DNA of 64,000 nucleotides from Strigamia acuminata (taxonomy: Eukaryota), in NCBI GenBank assembly GCA_949358305.1, contig OX442314.1, positions 15,872,001 to 15,936,000 on the forward strand, given 5' to 3'. Numbering within the stretch: position 1 is the first letter of the stretch; the number at the start of each line of letters is the position of its first letter. Below, one piece after another: positions 1 through 14,491 of the stretch. A program made the translations under genes and the position numbers. The notes beneath the pieces were generated by a model, which did not search any database, was not told the origin of the DNA, and worked only from the letters and a program-made list of their open reading frames with translations.

Positions 1-1443
1 TTCGCAGACAACACATGTTTTATCACTACGACATAAAAGTTTCCTACCAACGGTCCTATGTGGATGTGGTTCAGTAGGGCAAGGGTCTGATTGGGCATTC
101 AACTATTAATAAGAGATGAACTTGCTGATTTTGACTTTCCCAAACTGGGAGGATGGGGGAGAGAAAGTGATTTTTTTTTAATCGAATGAGGTTAAAGGGA
201 AAATTGGACGACAGATGCGTTAATAACTGAGAAAAAGCAGGGCTGTTCGCTAAATTTCGCTCACGCCCTTCACTTTGGAATCAAGTGAGGCTTCTGTGAC
301 GTTTTCGGTCCCGTGTGTGTGTGTGTGCACTCAGAACAAGTTGCAAGGCCGGTCTAATAGGATTGAAAATAGCTGCAATTGGCGTCTAATGTGGTAAGAT
401 TGATTTGGCTCACAATTCTAGGGTTTAATGGGAGGAAATTTGAATTTATTTTGACCATTTTGTACGAGAATTGTTGGTGTTAATGGGAATAATGTTTTAT
501 TTATAGCAAATTCTTGCCAATATATTAATCGAGTTCAAATTTTGTGGCTTGAAATAAGGCGTAACCTAAATTAAAAGTTTTATAAGTGAATATATATATG
601 ACCCATTTGGTTAATAAAGTTGGATTTCGGTGTGGATCCACTTCAGACACTGTCTAGTAGAAATCAAATGGGTTGGAATTAGTATTTCTTTCGTTTGTAA
701 TGAAAGTAATTCGTATTTTGATGATTTATTTCTGAAGCAAAAGAAAACGTGTGAATTTTCTAACGAAAGTATTTTGGGGAAATAAAATTCACAACTTGTA
801 GAATTCCAAATAAATCAAAATAATTCACTTATTTTTGCTCGGAGTTGCGTGCCCAAACTGGTTTGTTGCCCACAGACGTGTCTTTTGTGATGAACGATTC
901 GATTGTGAGGTTTGATAAGGGAAGATTCATACCTCATTATTATATATTAAAGGTGTGAATCCATTAAATGTCATGTAACCCTTTTTTTTATTGCATTGGC
1001 TATTGGGCAATTTGGATCGGGGAATATCAACAAAAGATATTTGCATCGTTTATTTGTTTGGACGGTCAATGTCTGAAACATAAAATAGAAATATATAATT
1101 AAGTAATTTTTATGCTATTGCAATTTTATCGTGTTATTCAAAGACATGTTTGTCTGTGGTTGAAAATGTAAACAGTTATTCATATTTCAATGGAATAATA
1201 AGGAAATTTTTGATTATTATTTTTCTCGGAATTCTCTTTTTTTTTTCTCGGTTTTTAAAAAAAAACAAAAATTATGAAAATTGATATTTTTGTAATAAAA
1301 AAAAAAAGGTTACATACTTGAACTTTTTATAGATTTTCAAGTTGAAAATTACTCGAATGCCATTTAAAAAACGATTTATATCAGATTATATCGGAGTTAA
1401 CTCAACCCTCGTACAGATGGCGAGTTTGCGTATGACGCACTTG

Positions 1444-3690
1444 TGACGTCAGTAGATAATAGGTTCACTTGCCCGGGCAACCGGGGCTCCAAATGGGTGC
1501 AAAAATAAAAACAAAATACAAAAACATACACATTTAGATGAAACATAAAAATTAAAATACAGATATCAACAATTATACGATCCGATAATTTACAAATTCA
1601 AACATCCATGGCTTTGAATGGTTTTACCGAAGATTTGTAGTCGGGATAAAAATTCAAAATCAGATAATTTTTTAATTTTTGAAATTCGTGTTTGGGAATT
1701 GTAAAACAAGCAAAAGGACAAATAATCAACAAACCAATGATAAAAATCATTAGTAACGATGTAAAAAGCTATTTTCATGCTAGTATTTGATGATAGGGGG
1801 AGTTAGACGTGGCCATCTGGAATGATTTTCATCCCGCCTTTCCTCTTGTATTGACGTCACGATCGAGTTGAGTCCCAGCAGAATTTGAAAGTTTGCACAA
1901 TCCGACACAGACAACGATAGTTTTCTTTCAAACATCTTGTTTACTTCGAGTTGTCGAGCAATTCCGACTTAGTGACATCTATGGAGTGTTAATGTAAGTG
2001 TTGCAAATTGGTTTCACCATGTGGCTTTGTATTGTTTTGTTTTTTAAAAAAAAAACAATATTTAAATTTAAATATTAATTACAATCGCACGTGCAGTTTC
2101 CACTATCACTCTAACTGGGGCAATAATTTATAGCTTATTTATTCGGTCTGATAGCGTGGTGATGTAATTTATTTAAGTCGTTTTGCCAGTTGTTTTAGTT
2201 GCTGTCATTGACAACGACGCGAGTGATGTGCCCAGATGGATTAAAGCGCTGATCTGTCGTTTCCATTGAAAAATTTGTGCGAATACACACGAGGAAAAAA
2301 ATGGTCCCTACAAGTGGAAACGGCGCGGGCACACAGCGTGCACTCGAGAGAACTGATTCGTCGGAATCGACTGGATCAGACGTTTGCGCGTGCGACGATT
2401 GCCTGTTGGGTATCACGGACATTTTGTACAACTACACTCCCCACGTGAGTGATGGGGAGAAAGTGAAGAGGAATAAGGTAAAGTATATTGAATCGTGATT
2501 GGGGAAACAAAAATAGAAATTTTGTTCTTTGTATCTTTTTTTTTCTTCTATATTTTTTTCCTCTTTATTGTGTAATGATCAGTCAAAAGGAAACGAGCTT
2601 GGATAGGAATGTTAATTTTTCTAAATTAGAACATCCTTTCTTTTTTATGATTATAATATATTGTGCGCTTCCTGTACTCTGCTGATAGAAGGATTGTTTG
2701 CTATTCAGTCTTACCTTTTGAATCTTTTGTTTTATTTTTTTTAATTGATTTCGTATGGTTTATGAGCAATTTAGAAAATTGCAACTTTTTTTTTTAAATT
2801 TTTTTAATTTATTTTTCATTTTTAAATTTGACATAATTTGACATTGGGAAATGCCAATGGATTATTTATTTATCAGAAATACTCAGCATTTTCTGGGAAA
2901 TTGTATATTTTGTATTTCTATTTACACAAGTGGTGGTTAATAGCACGAGTCGATGTTTGGTGCTCCCTGGCTATTGTGATGTCATAATTTTACTACTTAC
3001 AAAACATTGTGAAACCTTGTAAATAGAAGAGAGAGAAAATTCTTATTGTATGTCAACAGACGGTTGAGCGATTTAAGTATTAAACTAAACAATGGGGACT
3101 AATAATTGCGAGTTTCTAAGGAGATAATTAAATTCATAAATTAGAAAATGGAAGGAATTTAGTGACTTGTCGTATATAACACGTGTTTAATTTATGATTA
3201 CAGTCTGATAGTTTTTCTTTTATTTCACCCAAGCAATTATTTCCTCAAAAAATAAGTATGAACAGTGCTTTGTTTTTAGCCATTAGAGACACCTCTTGGC
3301 AAGAAATAGCAACCGTTGTTTTGTTTACTTTGACCGTGATGCCATATCATTTGTCATGCAACAGATTGTAATTGTTCGTGACAACGGAAAAGATGATTTA
3401 TTGACGCATAATCACGTTGTTTCGTGGAAATATTTGATTGTTTGATGAAAACATAAAATAATTTCAAGAGTATATTTAAAAACTCAGTGCGTCACATCGA
3501 GTGTTTTCAAATTCCTCATATGAAAGGAAATGTTGTTCCTTTCCCTTTCCACGATTGGTCTTGAAATAGTAGCGCCTCTTACTATCAAAAGATGGCAGAC
3601 TGAAATAGCATAGCATCTTTTTATTTCGAGACCGGTTGTTTATCTTTAAGTAAACAGTTCTAATTAAAACACGACGACAGGGTGACGTCA
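1444..3690. promoter_or_regulatory. Three perfect CRE palindromes TGACGTCA (1444-1451, 1852-1859, 3683-3690) upstream of the IP3K alternative first exons
   Basis: Exact 8-mers seen in the sequence; function is inferred. Confidence 0.4.
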
Positions 3691-6460
3691 CATTTCGCCC
3701 GAACGTATCTAGAATTTTTTTCCGTTTCGCTTATTTTTTAACCTTTTTTCTTCTCTATATCTGAAAGAAATTCCTACGTAAGTGATCATGCGTAGACACG
3801 TGTAAGGTAAATGTGGCCTTGTGTGTACGCTCGACAAGTTTTTAGTAGTGAAAAGGAATGTAATTGAAATCAGCTGAACAAAAATGTCATCAAATTGTTT
3901 AACCAAAACGTCTGGCGAGCCCACACAATCCAACTGTGTGCCGACGCCTACGTCTTCCACGTCCCGGGGAAGGGGCTACAGGTGTTTCCGATCCAACCAT
4001 TTGCGCAGACGGAGCCCGACTGGTGCTAAAGTGATGGCTGTGGGGTACGAGGAGTACAAAAACAGTCTTTTATTAACGGTACCGTTGTTGGATTATGGTG
4101 AAGCGAGTAGTGATGACCTGAGTAGTGATTGGGAAACTGAAGATATTCAACCGGTGACTCCCAAGGTAATAAAATAAGGTTTTAAAAATAAGTTTTTAAT
4201 ATCGCAATTTGGAGATTAATTATTTAAGATTTCTCAAATGGCTTACGTAAAATGAGGGAGAAAATAAAATGTTTTAAATTTTTTTTTGTTTAAACTGGTT
4301 TTATTTTTATTTTTGAGTAAACAAGACATGTATGCGCATATAATTGCATCTACTTGTTTGGAAAGAAAAGGTCAAAGGATTAGAGGATGAGAGAATGATG
4401 TTCAAGGATAAGAATTTTTTTTTTTTGGTTTTTTATAATTTTTTTGTGATGAATTAGTATTTTTAAAGTTTGAATCTAATTTTTTTTTAAATTGGAATTT
4501 GAGGAATTTGAATGAGTTTTATCGGTGTTTTACGGGTAATTATTTATCGCCACACATAATGAGGTAGGTGGTGATGCTTTGACATTTGATTTAGAATTTG
4601 GCAAATTGTCAATTTTCGATACCAGGTACGATTTTTGTTTAAAAATTATTATTGATAAAAACAAATTTTTTGATTAATTTATGTTATTATACGGTCATGT
4701 ATTATTGTTTATATCCTGCATCGTGCGATTATTTCAATCACCAACTTGTAAAATGTATTTTAATGGCTGCATCAAGTTTCAAATTCCACGCAAGGTTACA
4801 CAATGAAGGTCAGCCATACTGAATGCGCTGTAGTTTAATATGAAGTAAATGTTTAAATAAAAAGGGTTGAAATAATTACTTTATTTTTTTTAAAAAACAG
4901 ATTTCTGGGTGGAGAAAAGTTCGAAATATCGTTCACTGGTCACCGTTTGTACAAACATACAAAAACCAACAGTATCAATGGGTTCAACTTGCGGGTCATC
5001 AAGGTACGATTTTTAACTCTTTTGTGAAAATTTTGAAAATGTAATAAAAATGTTGTTTGCGAATTTTAGGAAGCTTTAAACCTGGCGACCAAGGGACCAT
5101 CTTGAAAAAATTTTGTCCCAAAGAAGAGAAATGTTTACAGGCACTTAGTAAGGACATGTTACGGCCGTACGTTCCCGACTATAAAGGACAAGTCGTAAAT
5201 GACGATGGCGAAAGTATCCTTTTGTGCAAATGCCAATTTATATATTAATGTGATATATATTGAAAACCTTAATTTAATTAATCAGAATTCATTCGGCTGC
5301 AAGATTTACTAGGGGATTTTGATAATCCTTGCGTGATGGATTGCAAATTAGGAGTAAGAACGTATTTGGAAGAGGAATTGGCCAAAGCTAAAGAAAAGCC
5401 AAAACTCAGGAAGGTAGATTTTTATTACCAGCCAAAATAATCCTTGAAAACTTAATTTTTTTATTTTATTTTGCAGGATATGTATGATAAAATGGTACAA
5501 GTAGACCCAGAAGCTCCAACCTCCGAAGAAAATCTTGTCAAAGGGGTAACGAAACCGAGATATATGGTCTGGAGGGAAACTATTTCATCAACTGCGACGT
5601 TAGGATTTCGAATAGAAGGAATGAAGGTGAACGAGTTACTGTTTTATATATGGTCATGTTGTTTTCTCCCTCTTTTGTTTTTCTTTTGCAATTTGGCTCT
5701 GTGTGATTGTTTAGAATTGAAGCTGATATTAGATTCGCTTAGTCAGTTGAATAGTAGCACAATAGCTGAATTTGTTGAGTGGGTGGTGTTGCAACATGTT
5801 TTTCTATTCTAGGGATCCTGCATTTTAGTTTTCCATACCTTTTTATTCTTTTATTGTAATTCTCTTATTGTAACACCTGTGAACTCGTGCGCGGTGTTGT
5901 TACTGCAGTTACTTAATTTGTTTGTTTTTCAAATATTTTACAGAAGGGAAACGGAAAATCTAGTAAAGATTTCAAAACTACTAAGACTAAAGATCATGTT
6001 CTGACTGCATTCCGAGATTTTTTAAATGGCTACACAGGGACTGCTGTAGGATTGTTTAAAAAAAATTAATTTAGGAAAAACAGTATTAATGTATTGTATT
6101 TTTAGGCAAAATATGTACAAAGGTTAAAAGCTATTAGAGCAACGCTGGAAGTTTCCGAATTTTTTCATAATTACGAAGTAGGTTGAGGTGTTTGGTTGAT
6201 GTAATTGTGTTTGATTTTTTCAATTTTTTCAATTTTTTAATTAGCTCATTGGCAGTTCGCTTCTCTTTGTACACAATTATCAAAAAGCCAACGTGTGGTT
6301 GATTGATTTTGCCAAGTCACATCGTTTACCGGAAGGGAAACATATCGATCACCGAACTCCCTGGGTCGTTGGAAGTCACGAAGACGGATATTTGATTGGT
6401 CTAGAAAATCTGGTTGATCTCTTTGAAATTTTAGCTGCTGAGGAAACACAACAACTCTAA
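2301..6460 (+). CDS. IP3K: Inositol 1,4,5-trisphosphate 3-kinase, multi-exon, with two alternative first coding exons (2301-2477 and 3884-4165)
   Basis: Spliced translation gives [18 protein letters not shown]...[36 protein letters not shown] and [10 protein letters not shown]. Common exons start at 4901; stop TAA 6458-6460. Confidence 0.93.
5214..5285 (+). other. U12-type (minor spliceosome) GT-AG intron in IP3K
   Basis: 5' site GTATCCTTT; branch-like ACCTTAAT about 12 nt before the AG; removal restores [12 protein letters not shown]. Confidence 0.85.
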
Positions 6461-7497
6461 TAGAAAAAAGGATACACATTTTTAGTAAAATTTAAAAGAC
6501 AGGACTCTCTATCAATAGATTTTATATATTTTTTTTGCCCTGTTGACCGGTGTATTTTAAAAAAATTGGACCAAAAAATGATAGGTTTTCATGTATAATG
6601 TTGACAAATTCTTGTTATGTATTATAAGGATTTAGATGAGTTTTTTTTTTAAACTATTATTATTATTATTATTATTATAAGACGTTGTTACAGTTGTTTC
6701 TAACAGTTGTTGCGAGAAATGAATGACTCTGGTCCAGTTTTTCAAAATTTTTTAAAAAATGTTTTAATCTAGAATTTACTGTAAATTGAATTTGTTAAAA
6801 ACGTTGTAAATTCTAGCAGAGAAAAAATATTCCAATTAACCATTTAGTGCCTTGTATTGGTAAAAATTATTTTTCATACTTAAGAGTTACCATATAAAAA
6901 TAAATTGGTTTTAAATTTTGAATATTTTGTGATCTGTGATTCAATCGATTTTATATTAGTTTTTGTATAGTGTACAGAGAATATTTATTTTATTGCAGTG
7001 CGTACCAACATAGTTTGAACAGTAAATTGTCTCATTCCACGTAAAATAATTTTTTTCTGAGAAGATTCAATATTTTCTGACATCACCTTTCTCTGCAGTG
7101 GAATGGGCACGGTTTTAAACAATTTTATTTCGTTTCTGTAAAAGCAAAAAAAAACAAAAAGAATTGTAACTCGTATTACTCATAAAATCGTTTTATTTTA
7201 CATTTAAAATAATAATTAGCATTTTAAACAAATTTTATCTCGGCATAAACAAGCCACACTTCATACATATCCAACAAAAATAAGTTTTATTATAAAAACA
7301 ATTAAAAATTAAAAATTCAAGCGTGTATGTGAGCAAATTCATTACACGGATTATTATATAATATATATATATATATACAGGCAAATTTATATTACGGGAG
7401 ATAATATAAAAGTGAGAAATCAATTAGTTTTAGGCGCTTAGGGGAAAACAAATGTTCAGGTACAGTAAATAAGGCAAACTTTTATTTGATTGGTTTT

Positions 7498-9418
7498 TCA
7501 CAGATAAGAAAATGCGATATCTGGTACTGGTTTATTTGATTTGCAGCCATTTTCATCCGACGATGGAATGTTTATAGTAGTTGAATTATTATTAATAGCA
7601 CCGGGCCGTTGTCGCTTCCAAATCTCTTCTACTTGTTGCAGATCACTCAAAAGTTCGTTAATTTCTTGTTTAGCCGACTTGTAGTGTTCGTTTTCCAACG
7701 ACGACGACCCTCGCAGTTCGTTAATACCGTCGAGTTGCGACACCGACGGTTCTCTCCACGATCGCATGTCGCGGTAACTTCCAAAATCGCTTTTTCGTCG
7801 CGGATGGTGCAGCTCGGATGGAATATCGAGAACGGCTGAAAATCTCGACGGAGTTGCTAGTAAATCGTAACTTCTGCGGCTCATAGCCAATCTATTCGGG
7901 AGGTAACCCGACGAGGTCAATTTAGTTTGCGAATCTGAATCCCAAAGACTGTTTCTTCTAGACATTTGCCGAATGGTTTCCGTCAATGCTTCCAATATGC
8001 TCGATCGACAACTTCTTGTGTCGCTGTTACTTTCTTGTTCATCCGATCCTAAGTCGCCAAACGCGAGCGCTTTTGCCAAATGGACTATAAAGCCCATTGT
8101 ATTGGTGTTGGCCTCGTATTGTATTGTGTATATATCTTCCTCTTTCTTCTTCGATTTGCATAACTGAGAGTCGCTAGCACTGCGGTTCACTTCAATCACA
8201 GATGACTTCCACAGAAGAGGCATGCTTTGAGTACGTTTCAATTTCTTACGGCGCTTCCCCTAAAATAGATTTTTTTTTTAAATGTGTGTTTTGTAACTGA
8301 GTTTTGATCAACTTACGTGCACGGATTTTATTGGATGACTGTTCATTGTGCGAACAAATTCTTCCATTTCTTTGGATATAAGTCTCTTTGTTTGACGGAA
8401 GCCTTTACCAACAGTTTTGTTTATTCGCTGTATCGGTTTCGACTTCAACGCTTTGCTGATGAAATTGAACATCATCGATAAATATCCTAATCCGAAAATG
8501 ATCCAAAATGTTAATCCAACTTGATACATCCAACGATGATCCAAATCAAGTTCGTCACTTACTAAAACACGCATATCATCATTTAGAGAAAAAATAACAA
8601 AAAATAATACAAATTTAAATTTTACTTCCTGCAACATAATCTCCAAATCCTATCGTAGTAAGCGTTATAAAAGCGAAATAAAAACTTTCTAAATACGTCC
8701 AATCCTCTTCCATAAAAGTGAAAGCAACAGCAGGTAAAAATAGGAAAATCACCATTCCCGGAACGAGATATAAAAACGTATTGAAAATTAGCGCTTGCGT
8801 GGCACTGAAATGTTTGCGCTTGCTTCTCTCGTGAACACGCAACAAAGGCACGCTGAAGAAATTTCCGAAATTGGCGATCAAAATTCCAGTCATTGGCACA
8901 CCGAACAAGGCATAAAAAATACAAAATATTTGCCCTCCTGGTGATATAGGTGCTAAATGGCCATAACCTATGCACAAAAAGAATAATAAAATCATTGTAT
9001 ACGGGAGATTATAGTGTTATACTTTAATACCTATTGTCGTAATGACTGTGAGAGAAAAGAAAAAGCCATCGTAAAAATGCCAATTTCTCGTGTAGACTAT
9101 CGTTTTATTGGTCGAACTACTGTCGGTGGCTATTTGATAAAGACCGTGGGCCAAATGCCAAGTTTCATCCCATGTCATATTAGCACTGACATGAGCTCCT
9201 GACCAAAACTCTGTATACGTAATTAAAATAATTAATGGGCGGTTAAATAGAATTGTTGTGCCGAAAAGTTAATTACCTTCCACCTCTCCTTTGATGTCTC
9301 GAAGGAGAGGTTCTGTCGATTCGGCCGATCCATTCTCAAAATGCAAAAAAACGACACTTCCAATAGCCAAATAGAAAATAAAAGCTAGCAGTAAAATAAA
9401 ACACTCTTTCTTGTTCAT
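7498..9418 (-). CDS. Two-pore-domain (K2P/TWIK family, Ork1-like) potassium channel
   Basis: Pore loops TVITTIGYGHLAP and ITLTTIGFGDYVAG, four TM segments, long C-terminal exon; ATG 9418 (MNKKECFILLLAFIFYLAIG). Confidence 0.9.
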
Positions 9419-10880
9419 CTTTGCGCTTCATGATCACTTTAACGTTCTCATCTGGTAAAAAATGAGAGTTCAATTCAATTGAATTGAATTAAAAGGCATC
9501 TTTAGTATTTATTATTAAGTCGCGCTATTTGCATTGAAGGTCGCCACTTCTGTGTAAGTTATTTTAATGTACATATCACATGCCACCTGTTGCATCAATC
9601 ATCAACAAATGAACTATTAATACTTATTCTACCCAACAAAATAGGAAGAGACTGTATACGTGTGTATGACCCAAATGAAACTAAAAGTTTTCTAACCTTT
9701 AACGTATAGAATCTAGCACTTTCTTTTGTTTTACAAAAATATGACGAAATAAATAAAGTTTGTTAAAATCCATATCGGGATTAAGGACTCGTTGATTGAT
9801 TCATGCAAAAAGTTTTAAATATTTTAAAGTTGAGTGTAAACAAGGAAGCATTGACAATAAATCATTGAAAATGAATTGGATTGTATAAACTGCATATCAA
9901 GATTTATTAGTGAGCACAGAAAGGATTAGTCTCATCCCGTGTGACCGTGTATCCTCATAAACGTCTATTTCCTCTTTTATGCCGTTTGAACTTTTCATTG
10001 CATTGTATAAAGATGAATAAAGTGCTAAATTTGAATAGAGCGACTCTAATACATATATGTAACGAAAAGAAAGCTTACCGGGTGCTTTGTAGTAGTACCA
10101 GCAAGAGTATGTGCGACACAAGTGATTTAAAATGCCGATTATCGCTAACTATACAACCTTGAAAATATGCTCATTAAGTCATTATATGCTCTTAGCAAAC
10201 AATCAAGTTCAATGAAAAATAGAGATAGAACACATCACATTTTGGCGGTTCAGATGTATAGTAATAAAATGCCATACACCTTTATATAGTTATGTTGCAT
10301 AAAGTTGTTATCTTTTGCTAAGATAAACATAAAATTGACATTTGAAAACATTTCAGCACCAATGTCAAAAGGTTTAAATAATAACTTTGAATTCTAATTG
10401 GTGATCAGCATTGACCTTTCACCTTCATTCAGCACATTTAGAAATTAGAAATATCTCAAAACCTGCCATTAAAATTTTTTTTAAATGATTTTTGGTTATG
10501 GGTGTGTTGCTGCTACAAATCATTTTGCAATATCAAGGCTAAAGCTATACCTTTTTTTTGGTTGCAAGTTTTATTAAGTTATTACAACTTAAGTGGCCCA
10601 GCCACATCATTTATGCATTTCCTGCTTTAAATCGTCGTTTGGAAATTAAAAGAATTGAGTAGGAAGCGTGAATGTGAAATTTATAAAAGAATGCACCATT
10701 ATAAGAATGATTTCCTGTGCAAATATTTCAATAATTGTAATTCAGATCGAGTGTGCTACATATTTCACAAATTAAGACAGGTTGTTTAGTTAGTATTCGC
10801 ATATCAATACTATCAAGCCTAAACATGGGATTCAACACCCACTAGCAAATACTATCTTGCATCAGAAAACCAAAGCCTCA

Positions 10881-10904
10881 AGGACAGGGACAGGGACAGG
10901 GACA
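10881..10904 (+). repeat. (GGGACA)n hexamer microsatellite, about 4 units
   Basis: aggacagggacagggacagggaca. Confidence 0.7.
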
Positions 10905-12268
10905 AGAAAATATAGGTGGAAAAGAGAGTACTTGTAATGTAATACACTTTTTTCGGTGTGAAATGCTTGTCCTTATTAAGACTCCTTTTTGGTATTAAAC
11001 TACACCATCTGGGTGTGATAAACATTAGGTATAAATATTACACCTTTATATGCGAGTACACTTTTTAATTGCAAGGTGTACACGGCAAAACCTTGAACTT
11101 AAACTTGCTCGTAATGGCTTTTCCAATACAGGTGTACAATAAATGTACTTTATGGATGGAGATAAACAGGTGTCACAAAAAAATAAAAATACTAGTGTTC
11201 TAATTCTAATTGTAATTAATAACATATTTTTATCTCATGGTTTTACTTCACTAGGGGTTTACACAGTGGCAATTTATTATTATTAAAGTGGGACTAAGGA
11301 CTATATAGGGGTGGATAAGTTTGCAGACACTTTTAAGTGGTGATGATTGAATAGGGGCAAAATATTTCGCATTTACAGATGTATAGGATGTAGACCCATG
11401 ACAAGTCCATCAAACTTGATCTAGCTTGATGGAGATATGCAAATAAGAAGTTTAAATTCTTTCTTTGTTCAGTAAATCAGATAAGTTAATACTTTCATGA
11501 TGCATGAGCGGCAAAGTGAGTCATGTCAATTTGACTTAATAGGTTTAAAGAAGCGCTGTTCTATGATTTATTACAGTTATGTTATGCTTGTGAGATTGTG
11601 ACATATTAAACTGATGGTTAATTGCGTAAATGCTTATTACGTGTTGATATTTATTGTTTGTTTAATTCGTTGATTACTGTGCACTACTGTAAGTTTATCT
11701 TAATTATCTTTTTATCGTTTTTAATTCGAACTCAGCTTGGAAATAAATGCTTATATAGTTAGATACAATGGATCGTTTCGTTCCGGATGACTGTTTCGCA
11801 GTCATGTATAATCATTCGGGAAATGGAAGCGTTTTTATTTAAAATATCATCATTCGTGCAGCTTCATGTTTAATCATTGGGGAAATGAAGACATTTTTAT
11901 TTGATGTAATTATATGTAATGAGACAATTGTGTTAAGAGCCATAAAAATGATTTTCGGAAATAAAGAGTTGAATTATAAATGAAGCATGCGCAATTGAAT
12001 CCAAAAATAGTTTCCAGTAACAGATAATTGACGTAGATTTAAGAATTTGTGCAAAAATGCGGGATGTAGAAGAAATAAAAGCAAACTCGTGAATGGCGAT
12101 AACAGCAATTAAGAAACGAGAAACCAGTAATAAAACTGGGATAAAGTGAAAATTATACAATATAATATTGATATTGGAACTCTATGTGGAATAATATGCA
12201 ACGCATGAGAAATAAAGTTAAATATTTTCCTTTTCTTGTAATTTTGCATCAACTTTAATTTTTATTGA

Positions 12269-12343
12269 TTTGTTTTTAAACTTATTTTTATATTTGTTTT
12301 TAAACTTATTTTTATATTTGTTTTTAAACTTATTTTTATATTT
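12269..12343 (+). repeat. 24-bp minisatellite, 3 copies
   Basis: Unit TTTGTTTTTAAACTTATTTTTATA. Confidence 0.85.
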
Positions 12344-13471
12344 ATTTTTTACTTTTTTTTAAAATAACTTTTTAAAAAAAAATTTAGAAAGTTGTTTTTA
12401 GTTTAATAGGTAGTTGTGCAATATTATCAATTAAAAAAAATAGTATATACTGTATTATATATATGTATATTTTGTTTCTTACCGATAAGGTTGGTCGTAT
12501 ATACTCACAGATGCAAATAAATCAACAAGCAAACTTAAAAAATTTAGAAAAGTATTAAAAATAATTCTCTAGCGCTGAATGCATGTGTCGCATGCTGAAC
12601 GACAAGCAATATGAAGTACTCAAAGTGTCACATTTGGAATTTATGATCGCTTTTTTAATTTGCATCGTCTGCTCGCCACGAAAGTGGTGGCATCTGACGT
12701 CTTCTACGTTTCATCCCTCACCATTTCCGGAGGAAGTTGAAGGCGGAGCAATGCAAAAGGCTTATGGAATCGGCGAAACGCGTAAATACTCCCGTTTTTG
12801 AAAAATTATTATTATTATTTTTAAACCGGCTTGTATTTTTTTCCCATAATAACTAACTTGCTCGAAGAATGAATTACACAACAGCGTTATTAAACGTCCC
12901 TTGAAAAGTGTGGTGAATTTGAAGTTTTCGTTTATTTGAATTCATACGCGGCGAAATTACAGAGCGGTCGCGGTCGGTACATCAGTAGCAGGTTATTTTT
13001 CCTGCCAGTGTTAACAATCACATCCTCAATCAAGTTAAAAAATGTGGCATTGATAAAGTCGGATGATTTGGAAATTTGTCAACTGCAATAAAGTAGTATA
13101 ACGCATCTTACAAAAGGCTAATCCCGAGTTAAGCTTGGATTTAAATTGACCCTAAAATGTCATGGGTTCTTAGTTACTTAGGCATTTGGTTTAGTAGTAT
13201 CATAACTGCGTGTAATCTATCAAAAACATAAACGTCTAATTTACATAACATTTGTTTTTTACTACAGGTGAAAATTACAAAAATTTAAAACCAATTTGAA
13301 TGATAAATAAATTTAAATTTTGGTTAAAATTGTCCACAGCAATTATGATACCGGTAGTACACGCGGGGTATGCGAATTTATTTGACTTAAACAAAAAACA
13401 AGTACTTTATTTATTTATTTTTATTTATTTTTTCCAGGCAAATAACTGTGGATCGAAGAAAGCACACTGTA

Positions 13472-14077
13472 ATGGCGGCTGAAAGGAACAAACAGCCAAT
13501 TCTTGATGTTTTGACGAAATATGTGGACAGAAGCAGGCCTCTTTATGCGTTGGAAATTGCTTCTGGTACAGGACAGCACGTTGCTTTTTTCGCAAAGACA
13601 CTGACCAACGTAACGTGGCAACCGACCGAAGTAGAACCGAGTTTAATGGATAGTATCGATGCGTATATCGACGAGAGTAAAACGAGTAATATTCTGAGGC
13701 CAAAGAAAGTGGACATTACTCAACCAGTTTCTAATTGGACCAACTGTAATCTTGAAACTGAGTCTTGCGATATCGTTTTTTGCATTAATATGATGCACAT
13801 TAGTCCCTTTGCATGTACTGTTGGACTGTTTAAAAACTCCGGTTATTTACTAAAACCAAACGGTATGTTAATTACATACGGTCCGTATTCCGTGCATGGA
13901 AATTTGGTACCTGAGAGCAATGTTCAGTTTGATAAGCATCTCAAGGCGATGAATAGTCAGTTTGGTATTAGAGACGTGGATGATCTCGTCAGATTAGCTG
14001 ACGATAATGAACTTGAGTTAGAAACAACTGAAGATATGCCAGCTAATAATAAACTATTAATCTTTAAGAAAAGGTAG
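13472..14077 (+). CDS. METTL26: Methyltransferase-like 26 (UPF0585/DUF938), CDS in one exon
   Basis: MAAERNKQPIL...LEIASGTGQH...YGPY...DMPANNK. Start may lie slightly upstream (acceptor at about 13437). Confidence 0.92.
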   Translation: MAAERNKQPILDVLTKYVDRSRPLYALEIASGTGQHVAFFAKTLTNVTWQPTEVEPSLMDSIDAYIDESKTSNILRPKKVDITQPVSNWTNCNLETESCDIVFCINMMHISPFACTVGLFKNSGYLLKPNGMLITYGPYSVHGNLVPESNVQFDKHLKAMNSQFGIRDVDDLVRLADDNELELETTEDMPANNKLLIFKKR

Positions 14078-14491
14078 TGTAATTTGCATTATTTCTTACA
14101 TTTGAATGTCAATGAATTCATTAACCCGATGTAATGATAAAATAAAATGAAATGAATGAAAAATAAAATAAAATGTTTTTTTTTTTATGCTTTTATTCGT
14201 GTTTATAAATAATTTACAGTAATTTACATCACTTTTTCGATTTGTAAGTGTGAAATGAATGTAAGCATTCTGCTTTTCTGCAAGTGCTCGGATAAGAAGA
14301 AGCTGATTGTTTAAAAATACTGCAAAGTGGACGAATCATTTGATTACACATTATCATTTAAGAAAAAAAATTGATTTCATTAAAAAGTTAAAAACAAATA
14401 GTAAAGATTACGCAGCAGTTTTCTCAGGTGTGTTTTATAATTTTTATTTTTCATCACTAGAGCGCACTCGTTCATGAACATCGTATACAAA

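Noticed and set aside
5686..5812. Extension of the IP3K ORF into the intron as an alternative exon
   Set aside because: Hydrophobic run from intronic T-rich sequence; no in-phase splice pair found.
6769..6816. 11-bp inverted repeat in the IP3K 3' UTR (also the 20-bp palindrome at 9469-9488)
   Set aside because: AT-rich and short; no SECIS features or in-frame TGA; chance is likely.
10930..11330. Recurrent TACAC/GGTGTA motifs and a Tc1-like end near 11305
   Set aside because: Possibly old transposon debris, but no matching TIR pair or TSD could be defined.
11803..11902. Imperfect direct repeat of about 38 bp with a 63-bp period
   Set aside because: Only two degenerate copies and no supporting context.
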